Origin: Chloroflexota bacterium
Lineage (GTDB): Bacteria > Chloroflexota > Dehalococcoidia > SM23-28-2 > RBG-16-64-32
Reading direction: 5' to 3'
Length of the DNA stretch: 64,000 nt
Assembly: GCA_029262695.1 (NCBI GenBank)
Contig: JAJCYV010000027.1
Location: 811 to 64,810 of the forward strand
Shown: positions 9,579 to 18,930 of the stretch, piece after piece
Layout of the letters: each line of letters opens with the position of its first letter
How positions within the stretch are numbered: the first letter of the stretch is position 1
Position numbers and translations under genes: made by a program
The notes under the pieces: generated by a model
What the model was told of the DNA's origin: nothing
Database searches by the model: none
What the model saw: only the letters and a program-made list of their open reading frames with translations

Positions 9579-9674
9579 TCGGGGTACCCTCCGCTATCTG
9601 GAATGGCGCAAGTATATCGCGGCGAGGCGCCTCGGCGTTTTCTCGGGACGCTGTGGCCTGCGATAATCGAACGA

Positions 9675-10406
9675 ATGCGATCTCTTCTCGTCGTTCTGCT
9701 CGTCGCGTTCGCCGTCCTCCTCGCCGCCTGTGGCGATACGACCACGGCCCCGAACTCCTCAGCGACGCCGACGATCGATTTCGCGTCGGAGGCGCGGCGG
9801 CTCGTCGGGGGCGCCGTCTTCAGCGCCGAGGACCTGCCGGGCTTCGAGCCGCTGGGTGCGGACGACCTGCAATCGCAGGCCGGTCTCAGCGATGAGTGCG
9901 ACATTTTTGACTCGGGCGTCATCTTCCCGGAGGCAGTCGCGACGGCGGACTCAGGGGCCTATGGGGGCGGCCTCGAGGAACAGCTCGTGAATCTCGCTGG
10001 CGTCTTTCACACGGCCGAGGATGCTAGTGAGGCGCTGGCGGCAACGCGAGAGCTCAGGGACCGCTGCGAAGCTGAGTTCGAGGCTGCAATCGAGCAGGTG
10101 GCCCGCGACTTTCTGAGCCGTCTCGGCATCGACCTCGGCTTCTTCTCCACGATCGACGTTGCGATCACCGACTATGACCCGACGCCGGCCGGCGATGAGA
10201 TCACCGCCTACCGGATGCAGGTGACCGTGAACCTCGTCCTCACGCGCCAGCAGTACAACCTGCACGCGGTAGTCGTCCGGCAGGGAAGGGTTGCGGGCGC
10301 GCTCCTGTATGGACGCCTGGGTCAGCTTAACGATAACACCGAGGCGGAGCTTATAGAGCTGATGGCAGGTAAGCTGTCAGCAGTGAACGCGTCGCTACCG
10401 GAGTAA
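9675..10406 (+). CDS. Hypothetical lipoprotein
   Basis: Lipobox LLAA-C after MRSLLVVLLVAFAV; ATG 7 nt after TGcGATAAT. Confidence 0.75.
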   Translation: MRSLLVVLLVAFAVLLAACGDTTTAPNSSATPTIDFASEARRLVGGAVFSAEDLPGFEPLGADDLQSQAGLSDECDIFDSGVIFPEAVATADSGAYGGGLEEQLVNLAGVFHTAEDASEALAATRELRDRCEAEFEAAIEQVARDFLSRLGIDLGFFSTIDVAITDYDPTPAGDEITAYRMQVTVNLVLTRQQYNLHAVVVRQGRVAGALLYGRLGQLNDNTEAELIELMAGKLSAVNASLPE

Positions 10407-10472
10407 CCGCTGGAGTACGAGACTGCCGCAACAGTATCGACCGCCGCCTGGCTGCGGCGGTCGATTCCGTAT

Positions 10473-11468
10473 GTGCGGTACGTCGCCCAGCTGGCGATCG
10501 CGGCGGCGCTGCTGGGGCTCCTCCTCTGGCGAGTCGATTTCGCCTCAGTGCGGGACGAGCTTTCCGGCGCGACGTTATGGTGGTTGCCTCTGGCGATCGC
10601 CGCCAACCTGGTCTCGGACTACTTTCGGGCGATTCGCTGGCGGCAGTTCTTCCTGCCGATGAAGGCGGTCGGCGTGCGCTTCCTCTGGGGCGTTGCGATC
10701 CTTGGCGTCGCCTGCAACCTTGCGCTGCCGCTGCGCGCCGGCGAGTTCGTGCGCATGCAGGTCCTGCGCCGCCGCACCGGCCTGGAGCTGGCGCAGGTCG
10801 TCGCTACCCTCGTCTCCGAGAAGCTGTTGGACACGGTGGCGTTCAGCGCGTTCCTCGTAATCGGCCTGCTGGCGTTTCCAGAGGCGCGCTACCTGTGGCC
10901 GCTGGCGGCCATGTACGTTGCGCTCCTCGTGGTGGGTGTCGTCGGCGCGCGCTGGCTGTCGTCGAATATGAACGAGGGCCCGCTGGCGACGCAGCCAGAG
11001 GGACGCTGGCGTCTTCGGATCGCCGAGCAGGCGCGCTCCTTCAGCAGCGGCCTGAAGTCGTTCCGCAGCAGGCGATCGCTGCTTATCGTCTCCGCCTGCT
11101 CTCTCGCCGCGTGGTTATGCGAGGCGACGATGTACTGGGCGGCCGGCGAATCGCTGGGACTCGGTCTGAGCCCGGCGTTCTACCTGCTCCTGGTTGTGGC
11201 CGCGACAGTCGCCGTCTCGGTGCCGATCACGCAGGCGGGTCTCGGCGTCTACGAAGTCGCGCTGACGAGCCTGCTCGTGGCGTTCGACGTCGACAAGTCG
11301 CAGGCGGCCGCGTTCGCCATCTATGCCCACGCGATCCTCGCGGTGCCGTATCTCATGACCGGCCCGCTGGCGGCGTTCGCGATGCGCATCAGCCCGCGCG
11401 ACGTGCTCTTCCTGCGGAGCGGCCGCGGCGCCACGGATGAAGAGCAGACGGCGCCCGCTACCGGCTAA
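10473..11468 (+). CDS. Lysylphosphatidylglycerol synthase TM-domain (flippase-like) protein
   Basis: RAIRW, NLALPLRAGEFVR, EKLLD and PITQAGLGVYE motifs. Confidence 0.85.
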   Translation: MRYVAQLAIAAALLGLLLWRVDFASVRDELSGATLWWLPLAIAANLVSDYFRAIRWRQFFLPMKAVGVRFLWGVAILGVACNLALPLRAGEFVRMQVLRRRTGLELAQVVATLVSEKLLDTVAFSAFLVIGLLAFPEARYLWPLAAMYVALLVVGVVGARWLSSNMNEGPLATQPEGRWRLRIAEQARSFSSGLKSFRSRRSLLIVSACSLAAWLCEATMYWAAGESLGLGLSPAFYLLLVVAATVAVSVPITQAGLGVYEVALTSLLVAFDVDKSQAAAFAIYAHAILAVPYLMTGPLAAFAMRISPRDVLFLRSGRGATDEEQTAPATG

Positions 11469-11477
11469 CGCCGCGGT

Positions 11478-12329
11478 TCACGCGTAGACGCAGACCACAC
11501 GATCGCGTCCGGCGAGGTCGGGCCGGATCTGAACCTTCGCGGCGGGGAACGCCTCTTCGGCCAGCGACTGCGCGGTCGCGCCCTGGCGGTCGCCGATCTC
11601 TGCGAAGAGCGCGCCGTTTTGGGCCAGCTTTTCGGGCGCCTGCAACAGGAGCTTCCGGATGTAGCGAAGGCCGTCGGCGCCGCCGTCCAGAGCGCGCCGG
11701 GGCTCCCATTCACGGATCTCCGGCGGTGTTGCCAGCCAGTCCCCTGTCGTCACGTACGGCAGGTTTGAGGCGATGATCTCGACGCGTGCGGCCACGGGAC
11801 CGAGGGTGTCGCCCTCGACGAAGTCGATGCGTGCGGCCACGCCGTGCCGCTCGGCGTTGCGGCGGGCCAGCGCCAGGGCGCGCTTCGACACGTCCGTCGC
11901 GATGACGCGCGCCTCCGGCAGCTCATACGCGAGCGCGACGGCGATCACGCCTGAGCCTGCTCCCACATCCGCGGTCGTGAAGCGCTTGTCCGGGTAGCGG
12001 TCGCGCGCGAAGTCGATGGCGAGCTGGACGAGTGTCTCGGTCTCCGGCCGCGGGATCAGGGCGGAGCGGGAGATCTCGAACTCCAGCCCGAAGAACTCCT
12101 TGTGGCCGACGATGTAGGGCGTCGGCTCGTGCGTCAGCCGCCGGTCGAGGAGGCGCCGGTAGTGGCCGCCGGCGCGGACGGGCAGTTCGTCCTGCAGGCG
12201 CTCGTAAAGGTGCACGCGGTCTATCTTGAGGGCGTGCATGAGGAGCAGTTCGGCTTCCAGGCGCGCTTCGTCGCTGCCGCTGCTCTGAATGAGGCGCGCT
12301 CCCTGGCGCAGCGCCTCTGAGACGGTCAC
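11478..12329 (-). CDS. prmC: Release factor glutamine N5-methyltransferase
   Basis: LIPRPETE, DVGAGSG, SNLPY and ALDGGADGL motifs; coupled to prfA. Confidence 0.95.
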   Translation of the reverse strand: MTVSEALRQGARLIQSSGSDEARLEAELLLMHALKIDRVHLYERLQDELPVRAGGHYRRLLDRRLTHEPTPYIVGHKEFFGLEFEISRSALIPRPETETLVQLAIDFARDRYPDKRFTTADVGAGSGVIAVALAYELPEARVIATDVSKRALALARRNAERHGVAARIDFVEGDTLGPVAARVEIIASNLPYVTTGDWLATPPEIREWEPRRALDGGADGLRYIRKLLLQAPEKLAQNGALFAEIGDRQGATAQSLAEEAFPAAKVQIRPDLAGRDRVVCVYA

Positions 12330-13423
12330 GCTCCTCCGATCGCGGACGCCTCCATCAGCTCTTGTTGCTCCTGCTGCTGGAGCGTCTCGATGACGTCGTC
12401 CAGATCGCCGTCGAGGAGTCCCGGCAGGTTGTGCCGGGTGTAGCCGACGCGGTGGTCCGTCATCCGGTCCTGCGGGAAGTTGTACGTGCGGATCTTTTCC
12501 GCACGGTCCCCGGAGCCGACCTGCGTACGTCGCTCGGACTCAATCTTCGAGCGCTGCTCACGCTGCTTGACGTCGAGGAGCCGGGCACGGAGGACGGCCA
12601 TCGCCTTCGTCCGGTTCTTGAGCTGGGAGCGCTCGTCCTGGCAGGTGGCGACAATACCGGTGGGGATGTGCGTGAGGCGCACGGCGTTGTCGTTCTTCTG
12701 GACGTTCTGGCCGCCCGCGCCGCCGGCGTTGAACGTGTCGAGGCGCAGGTCCTTGGGGTCGATATCGATGTCGACTTCGGCGGCTTCCGGGAGGACGGCG
12801 ACGGTGGCCGTCGAAGTGTGGATGCGGCCCTGAGTCTCGGTCTCCGGGACGCGCTGGACGCGGTGGACGCCGCTCTCGTACTTGAGCCGGCTGTAGGCGC
12901 CGGCGCCGTGCACCGCGAAGACGATCTCCTTGAATCCGCCGGTGTCGCTCCCTTGGGCGTCGAGCACTTCGGTCTTCCAGCCCTGGCGCTCCGCGTAGCG
13001 GCTGTACATGCGGAAGATGTCGCCGGTGAAGAGCTTGGCTTCGTCGCCGCCGGCGGCGCCGCGCACCTCGACGATGACGTTCTTCTCGTCGAACGGGTCC
13101 TTCGGGATCAGCGCAACGCGGAGTTCTTCTTCGAGTTCGGCGACGCGCTTTTCGTCCTTTTCGATGTCCTCACGCGCCAGCGCGACGAAGTCATCGTCGC
13201 CCCCTTCGGCGACGATGTCGCGCGCCTGTGCGAGGTTCTGCTCCACCGCGCGGTACTCGTCGGCGAGCTGGACGATCTTGCCCAGCGCCGTGTGCTCGCG
13301 GGCGAGCACCTCCACCCGCTCGTAGTCGTTGACGACTTCCGGGCGGGTGAGATCGGCGGCAAGCTCTTTGTGCCGGGCGCGAATTGAGCCGAGTTTATCC
13401 CACATCTTGTTACTCTCAGACAT
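12326..13423 (-). CDS. prfA: Peptide chain release factor 1
   Basis: GGQ motif, PxT specificity motif (VPETE) and KIRTYNFPQ. Confidence 0.97.
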   Translation of the reverse strand: MSESNKMWDKLGSIRARHKELAADLTRPEVVNDYERVEVLAREHTALGKIVQLADEYRAVEQNLAQARDIVAEGGDDDFVALAREDIEKDEKRVAELEEELRVALIPKDPFDEKNVIVEVRGAAGGDEAKLFTGDIFRMYSRYAERQGWKTEVLDAQGSDTGGFKEIVFAVHGAGAYSRLKYESGVHRVQRVPETETQGRIHTSTATVAVLPEAAEVDIDIDPKDLRLDTFNAGGAGGQNVQKNDNAVRLTHIPTGIVATCQDERSQLKNRTKAMAVLRARLLDVKQREQRSKIESERRTQVGSGDRAEKIRTYNFPQDRMTDHRVGYTRHNLPGLLDGDLDDVIETLQQQEQQELMEASAIGGA

Positions 13424-13511
13424 GCACAGGGGCCCCGTTCGGGGCCCATCACCTGGATTGTATCACCGGCGGGCGGCTGTGACGGCTGTCTGAAGCGGGT
13501 CTGAGGGGCGG

Positions 13512-14771
13512 CTACGGCCGGACGCGCGAGGCGACATCGCCCATCGGCACCGTCTCCTGGGAGCCATCGGCCAGTCGCTTGAGGGTGACGCTATTGGCTT
13601 CGAGTTCGCGGTCGCCGATGATCGCGGCGTAGGCAGCCTGGAGCGAGCCCGCGTGGCGCATCTGCGCCTTTAGCGAGCGGTCGCTGTCACCAACGACCGC
13701 CGAAAGGCCGGCGCGGCGCAGGTCGGAGGCTAACTTAAACGCGAAAACGCGCGCCGCCGCTGAAGCGCAGACGACGAATACGGCCAGCCGTGCGGCGTCG
13801 GGCAGGTTGACGTTCTGGCGTTTCATGTTGAGGATGATCCGCTCGATCCCCGTCGCGAAGCCGACGCCCGGCGTCGGGTTACCGCCGATCTGCTCGATCA
13901 GGCCGTCGTAGCGCCCACCGGCACCGACTGTGCTCTGGCCGCCTTCCTCCACTGGCTGCACCTCGTAAACGGTGCGGGTGTAGTAGTCCAGGCCGCGCAC
14001 GAGGCGCGGGTTGACGACGTGGGGGATTCCGAGCGACTCGACATAACCTCTCACCTGCGAAAAGTGATCGCCGCAGGCTTCGCAGAGGTAGTCGGTAAGC
14101 GCGGGCGCGCCGGCGACGGCGTCCTGGCACTCGGCGTTCTTGCAGTCGAGCAGGCGCAGCGGGTTACGCTCGACGCGCGCCTGGCAGTCACGGCAGACGC
14201 GGTCCAGCTTGTCGGAATAGTAGGCGCGCAGGGCCTCGAGATAGCGCGGGCGGCATTCGGCGTCGCCGATCGAGTTCAGGTTGAGTGTGAGACCGGTGAG
14301 GCCGAGATTCTCGTACAACCGCCAGAGGACCTCGATCGTCTCAGTGTCCACGGAGGGCGAGGCGTCACCGATCGCCTCGATACCGAACTGGTGGTGCTGG
14401 CGATAGCGTCCGGCCTGGGGGCGGTCGTAACGGAAGATCGGCGTGATGTAGAAGAGGCGCACCGGCTGCGGCTGGTTGTGCATGCCGTGCTCGATGTAGG
14501 CGCGGCAAACGGGTGCGGTCCCTTCGGGGCGCAGGGCCAGCTCCTGGTCGCCCCGGTCCTGGAACACGTACATCTCCTTCTGGACGATGTCCGTGGTGTC
14601 GCCGACGGTGCGTTTGAACAGCGCTACGTCCTCGAACATCGGCGTGTCGATCTGAGTGTAGCGGAACTCCCCGCATAGCTTCTCGGCCGTATCGCGCACG
14701 TAGTCCCACCACGGTTGCTCATCGGGGAGGATGTCCTGTGTGCCGCGCGGGGCCTGGATGTCTGGCGCCAT
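13512..14771 (-). CDS. hisS: Histidyl-tRNA synthetase
   Basis: APRGTQD, KEMY, LRPEGTA, RYDRPQAGRYRQ and LVRGLDYY; true start ATG 14771, 6 nt after TGcTATCCT. Confidence 0.97.
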   Translation of the reverse strand: MAPDIQAPRGTQDILPDEQPWWDYVRDTAEKLCGEFRYTQIDTPMFEDVALFKRTVGDTTDIVQKEMYVFQDRGDQELALRPEGTAPVCRAYIEHGMHNQPQPVRLFYITPIFRYDRPQAGRYRQHHQFGIEAIGDASPSVDTETIEVLWRLYENLGLTGLTLNLNSIGDAECRPRYLEALRAYYSDKLDRVCRDCQARVERNPLRLLDCKNAECQDAVAGAPALTDYLCEACGDHFSQVRGYVESLGIPHVVNPRLVRGLDYYTRTVYEVQPVEEGGQSTVGAGGRYDGLIEQIGGNPTPGVGFATGIERIILNMKRQNVNLPDAARLAVFVVCASAAARVFAFKLASDLRRAGLSAVVGDSDRSLKAQMRHAGSLQAAYAAIIGDRELEANSVTLKRLADGSQETVPMGDVASRVRP

Positions 14772-14843
14772 GGGACGAGGATAGCAGCGCGGGCCCGCTA
14801 GTGGCAGCCGAGGGGAGGCGCCGGTGCTAAACTTGAAGATCAG

Positions 14844-17045
14844 ATGACGATTGCTGACGAGGAGAAGCTGGGGCAGCCGCTCCTTGACCGGGTGGCCGAG
14901 TATCTGCCGGCCAAGGGGCAAGAGCTGGTGCGCAGCGCTCTGCAGTTCGCGACCGAGTCGCACGCCGGCCAGGTGCGCAAGACCGGCGATCCCGTCATCA
15001 CACATCCCCTCGCGGCGGCCGAGGCGATCGCTGAGCTTCAGCTGGACGCCGCGACGATCGCCGGGGCGCTGCTGCACGACGTGCAGGAAGATTGCGACGT
15101 CGACAACACTGAGATCGAGAAGCGCTTCGGACCTGAAGTTGCGCTAATGGTCGAAGGCGTCACGAAGCTCGGACAGATATCCGGGCAGGCGGCGGACACT
15201 GACGTGCCCGACCAGCGGATGCAGGCGGAGAACCTGCGGAAGATGTTCCTGGCGATGGCCCAGGACCTGCGCGTTGTCATCATCAAGCTGGCCGACCGCC
15301 TGCATAACATGCGCACTCTGTGGGGTCTGGAACGTGACGACCAGGTGCGCATCGCCCGCGAGACGATGGAGATCTACGCACCGCTGGCGGCGCGGCTGGG
15401 CATCTGGGAGATCAAGTGGCAGCTGGAAGACCTGGCGTTTCGTCACCTCCACCCGGAGACGTATAAACGCGTCGCTCAGATGCTCGACTCCAAGCGCGGG
15501 GCGCGCGAGCAGCACGTGAAGGAAGTGAAGAAGGTCCTGGAGAAGGAGTTATCGAAGAACGGCGTCCAGGCCGAGGTGCAGGGGCGCGCGAAACACATCT
15601 ACAGCATCTACGAGAAGATGGAGAAGTATGCGGGAGAAGGCCGCAGTGTCGACGAAATCTACGATCTGCTCGCCGTTCGCGTGCTCGTTGCGTCGGAGGG
15701 CGACTGCTACAAGGCTCTGGGCGTCGTGCATGGCCTGTGGCGCCCGCTTCCTGGTACGTTCGACGACTACATTGCGATGCCAAAGGAGAGCATGTACCAG
15801 TCGCTGCACACGACGGTGATGGCGCTCCAGACTCAGCCGCTCGAAGTGCAGATCCGGACGCATGAGATGCACCACTCGGCCGAGTACGGCATTGCGTCCC
15901 ACTGGCGTTACAAGGAGGGCTCGAAGCGTGACAGCCTCTACGAGGAGCGGCTGGCCTGGATCCGCCAGCTAATGGACTGGCAGCGGGAGATCTCGCAGGC
16001 CGAGGAGTGGGTCGAGGCGATAAAGACGGACGTCTTCCAGGACCAGGTGTTCGTCTTTACGCCACGTGGCGAGATCAAGGATATGCCTTCCGGAGCGACG
16101 CCGCTCGACTTTGCCTACCGGATCCACACGGATCTCGGGCACCTCTGCGTCGGCGCCAAGGTAAACGGCAAGCTGGTCTCCCTGAACTACCCGCTCAAGA
16201 ACGGTGATGTGATCGAAATCCTCACCAGCAAGTCGTCGAAGGGGCCGTCGCGCGACTGGATGAACCAGAACCTGGGCTATTTGCGCACCTCGCACGGCCG
16301 CGAGAAGGTGCGGCAGTGGTTCAAGCGCCAGGAACGCGCAGAAAACATCGCGCGAGGCAAGGAGATGCTGGAACGCGAGATGGCGCGACTGGGCACGAGC
16401 CTGCCGGAGATGCAGGCCGAGCTGCTGCGCATCTTCAAGTTCGAGGACAACGAGGACTTCTACCTCCGTGTGGGATACGGCGAGATCAGCACTCAACACG
16501 TCGCCAACAAGATCGCCTCGCTGATCCAGGAGACGGAGGAAGTGCCGGAAGTCAAGGCTCCGGCCGAGCGGACGTACACTTCGAACATCCGCGTGCTGGG
16601 AACGGGCGACTTGCTGACGCGGCTTTCGCGCTGCTGCAACCCGGTCCCGGGCGATGAGATTATCGGCTACGTTACCCGCGGCGAAGGTGTCTCCGTTCAC
16701 CGGCGCGACTGCCCGAACGTGCTGCACGAGGACGAGACGGAGAGGCTCATCGCCGTCGAGTGGGGTCAGCGTGGGCAGATGTACCCGGTGGCGGTGCACA
16801 TCGAGGCCTGGGACCGCGTTGGGCTCCTGCGCGACGTGGCGACGCTGGTGGCGGAGGAGGCTGTGAACATGGTCGGTGTCCACACGCAAGAAAGGGACGG
16901 GGAAGACGGCCACATCACGATCTTTATGACGCTGGAGACGACGGGTGTCGAGCAGCTCTCGCGGATGCTCAACAGGCTAGAAGCGATCCGCGGAGTGCTA
17001 TCGGTCAGCAGGCGCGGCGGCGGCGGCGCGCGCAGCAAGAGCTAG
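14844..17045 (+). CDS. relA: Bifunctional (p)ppGpp synthetase/hydrolase (HD, SYNTH, TGS, ZFD, ACT domains)
   Basis: LLHDVQED, KLADRLHNMRT, YQSLHTTV, EVQIRT, DFAYRIHT and CCNPVPGD. Confidence 0.96.
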   Translation: MTIADEEKLGQPLLDRVAEYLPAKGQELVRSALQFATESHAGQVRKTGDPVITHPLAAAEAIAELQLDAATIAGALLHDVQEDCDVDNTEIEKRFGPEVALMVEGVTKLGQISGQAADTDVPDQRMQAENLRKMFLAMAQDLRVVIIKLADRLHNMRTLWGLERDDQVRIARETMEIYAPLAARLGIWEIKWQLEDLAFRHLHPETYKRVAQMLDSKRGAREQHVKEVKKVLEKELSKNGVQAEVQGRAKHIYSIYEKMEKYAGEGRSVDEIYDLLAVRVLVASEGDCYKALGVVHGLWRPLPGTFDDYIAMPKESMYQSLHTTVMALQTQPLEVQIRTHEMHHSAEYGIASHWRYKEGSKRDSLYEERLAWIRQLMDWQREISQAEEWVEAIKTDVFQDQVFVFTPRGEIKDMPSGATPLDFAYRIHTDLGHLCVGAKVNGKLVSLNYPLKNGDVIEILTSKSSKGPSRDWMNQNLGYLRTSHGREKVRQWFKRQERAENIARGKEMLEREMARLGTSLPEMQAELLRIFKFEDNEDFYLRVGYGEISTQHVANKIASLIQETEEVPEVKAPAERTYTSNIRVLGTGDLLTRLSRCCNPVPGDEIIGYVTRGEGVSVHRRDCPNVLHEDETERLIAVEWGQRGQMYPVAVHIEAWDRVGLLRDVATLVAEEAVNMVGVHTQERDGEDGHITIFMTLETTGVEQLSRMLNRLEAIRGVLSVSRRGGGGARSKS

Positions 17046-17085
17046 CAGCCGCACCTGTGCACCAACCAGGCCGGTACTGGCTGGT

Positions 17086-17949
17086 CTAGGCCGATTCGGC
17101 CCGGCGGAAGACCCGGGGAACGGGCGTCAATCCGTCGTTCTCACCGGGGAGCGGGCCGGCCTTGTGCTCGTTCTTCTGGACGTACATGGCGGTGTCGGCC
17201 TGCTGGATCACCTCATCGGCAGTTTCGCCTGCGTCGGGGTACGTAGCGTATCCCAGGGAGGCGCGGACGGTTAGCGTTAGCTCGTTGCGGTCGACGATGT
17301 TGAGTGATGCGAGGCGCTTCTCCAGGCGCGTCGTCAGCACGCCCGCCTGTGTCGCTGGAGTGTCAGGCAGGATGATCGCGAACTCGTCGCCACCGACGCG
17401 GGCCGGAACGTCGCTGGCGCGCGTCTGGCCGAGCAAGAAGCGCCCGACGTTCTCCAACACCTCATCTCCGGCGCGGTGGCCGTGGGTGTCGTTGATCAGC
17501 TTGAGACCGTCGAGGTCCATCGCAATGACGGAGAGCGGACGCTGAAACGCTTTTGCGGTCTCCAGTTCGCGCTCCAGTCGCTCGAAGAAGTAGCGGCGGT
17601 TGAAGAGCTGCGTCAGGTCGTCCTGCATCGCCAGCTTCTCGAGTTCCATGTTGTGCACGAGGAGGCCGAGGCGCAGGCGCTTTTCGGTGGTCACCGCCAT
17701 GTGAACAGTGCGTGCGGCGGCGGCGAAGACGAACGCACCGAGGCCGACCAAAACGATCGTTTCGATCAGGAACGTTGGCGAACCGAAGCTGTGCCCCGTA
17801 ACGATGATGGCCCAACCGACGACAAACAGGCACACGCCGGCGACGCGGAATAGCCACACTTCGCGCTCGGCGCGCTTCTGCTCGTTGGCTGCCGGTTCGC
17901 CCCGGACCTCCAGGGCTCGCGCCGGTGTGAAGTCGCTTGGTTTAGTCAC
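17086..17949 (-). CDS. Membrane-anchored diguanylate cyclase
   Basis: Two N-terminal TM helices; DDLTQLFNRR, NDTHGHRAGD, intact GGDEF and RxxD I-site (RASD). Confidence 0.9.
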   Translation of the reverse strand: MTKPSDFTPARALEVRGEPAANEQKRAEREVWLFRVAGVCLFVVGWAIIVTGHSFGSPTFLIETIVLVGLGAFVFAAAARTVHMAVTTEKRLRLGLLVHNMELEKLAMQDDLTQLFNRRYFFERLERELETAKAFQRPLSVIAMDLDGLKLINDTHGHRAGDEVLENVGRFLLGQTRASDVPARVGGDEFAIILPDTPATQAGVLTTRLEKRLASLNIVDRNELTLTVRASLGYATYPDAGETADEVIQQADTAMYVQKNEHKAGPLPGENDGLTPVPRVFRRAESA

Positions 17950-18068
17950 TCAGATGCCCCTACTCTGGGCGCCAGCGGAAGTCCGCCGGGCGCACACCCA
18001 ACTGTGAAATAGGACGGCCACGCCATAGCGGCGTTACATCGCGCAGGCACTGAGGGGCGGCGGGTCGC

Positions 18069-18098
18069 TTGTAGGCGCCTGGAGCCGGGACTTACAAT
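18069..18098 (+). promoter_or_regulatory. Sigma70-type promoter of the tRNA gene
   Basis: TTGTAG-N18-TACAAT, 9 nt before the tRNA. Confidence 0.55.
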
Positions 18099-18107
18099 TC
18101 TGGAGGC

Positions 18108-18182
18108 GGGCCCGTAGCTCAAGGGTAGAGCGCCCGGCTCATAACCGGTTGGTTGCAGGTTCGACTCCTGCCGGGCCCACCA
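18108..18182 (+). tRNA. tRNA with CAT anticodon, most likely tRNA-Ile2 (lysidine); elongator Met not excluded
   Basis: Cloverleaf with GGGCCCG/CGGGCCC acceptor stem, CTCATAA loop, TTCGA T-loop and encoded CCA; G1-C72 pair excludes initiator tRNA. Confidence 0.9.
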
Positions 18183-18426
18183 CACGATGACCGGCAGCGG
18201 TTAGCAGGTACGCGACAGGCTCAATCTCTCCTTCAGCGAAAGGAGTGGCACGGCGCCAACAGCGACCGGTTTTCCGGCTCGCATTCGGGGGTTCGAGCGA
18301 GCGTTCACAGTCGAGGGCTTGTGTGCCCGCGAACCATCAGTAACTAGTTGGGCGACGCGATGAGTGGCCCGTAACGTCGAAGGATGTCCTGTCGGGAACG
18401 CCAGGATGAACGGCGTCGTATCAGGG

Positions 18427-18585
18427 TCAACGGCTTTGTTTCGCCCCTCGCCGGTCTACTCCACTTCGGCGCTCGGACCCAGTCCGGCGCTCGGGGAGCG
18501 GGGTCCTTGGCTTGTCCTCGCCGCTTCTGCGGTCGGGTTCTCCGCGACGGTCTCGTGTGCCTCTGCGCTTCGGAGCATCACCCAT
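18427..18585 (-). CDS. 52-aa arginine-repeat microprotein MGDAPKRRGTRDRRGEPDRRSGEDKPRTPLPERRTGSERRSGVDRRGAKQSR
   Basis: ATG 18585 to TGA 18427; purine-rich upstream region (GGAGAAGGGCGAGAG); RR pairs at residues 7, 13, 19 and 33, 39, 45; below the ORF-track size cutoff. Confidence 0.65.
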   Translation of the reverse strand: MGDAPKRRGTRDRRGEPDRRSGEDKPRTPLPERRTGSERRSGVDRRGAKQSR

Positions 18586-18823
18586 GCATCTCTCGCCCTT
18601 CTCCGCGCCCCCTCAGTTCCCGTTTCATTCCAGTATATGTGCAACCCTGCCGTCGCTCCAGACGGGCGCGTTGTCCGGCGAGATTCGTTGCCACGCTGAT
18701 GAGACGTGGCGATCGCTTCCAGCCCCGGTACCGTTGGGGCACCGACGATTCGGGGCTTTGAGGTGCTGCCGGGACGTAACGAAAATCCCGATGCCGTCGT
18801 CAAAGATATCGACGGGGTAATCG

Positions 18824-18863
18824 GAGAGGCTGGAGATGGTGAGACCACTATCTCCAGCCTCTC
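18824..18863. terminator. Strong hairpin (terminator or leader structure)
   Basis: GAGAGGCTGGAGAT / ATCTCCAGCCTCTC perfect 14-bp inverted repeat; no clear U-tract. Confidence 0.45.
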
Positions 18864-18930
18864 TTCAGAAGACGACGTCGGCGACTCAGGGTGACGCGTC
18901 AAGCGCGACTCAGCTAAGATGTCATTACTC

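Noticed and set aside
18700-18790. c-di-GMP-I riboswitch call
   Set aside because: Only a loose P2-like arm is present; the GGCAAA...GAAA...GACGC P1 core is missing, so it is not listed as a feature
18183-18930. Integrated element at the tRNA-Ile2/Met gene
   Set aside because: No duplicated tRNA 3' fragment or integrase remnant found downstream
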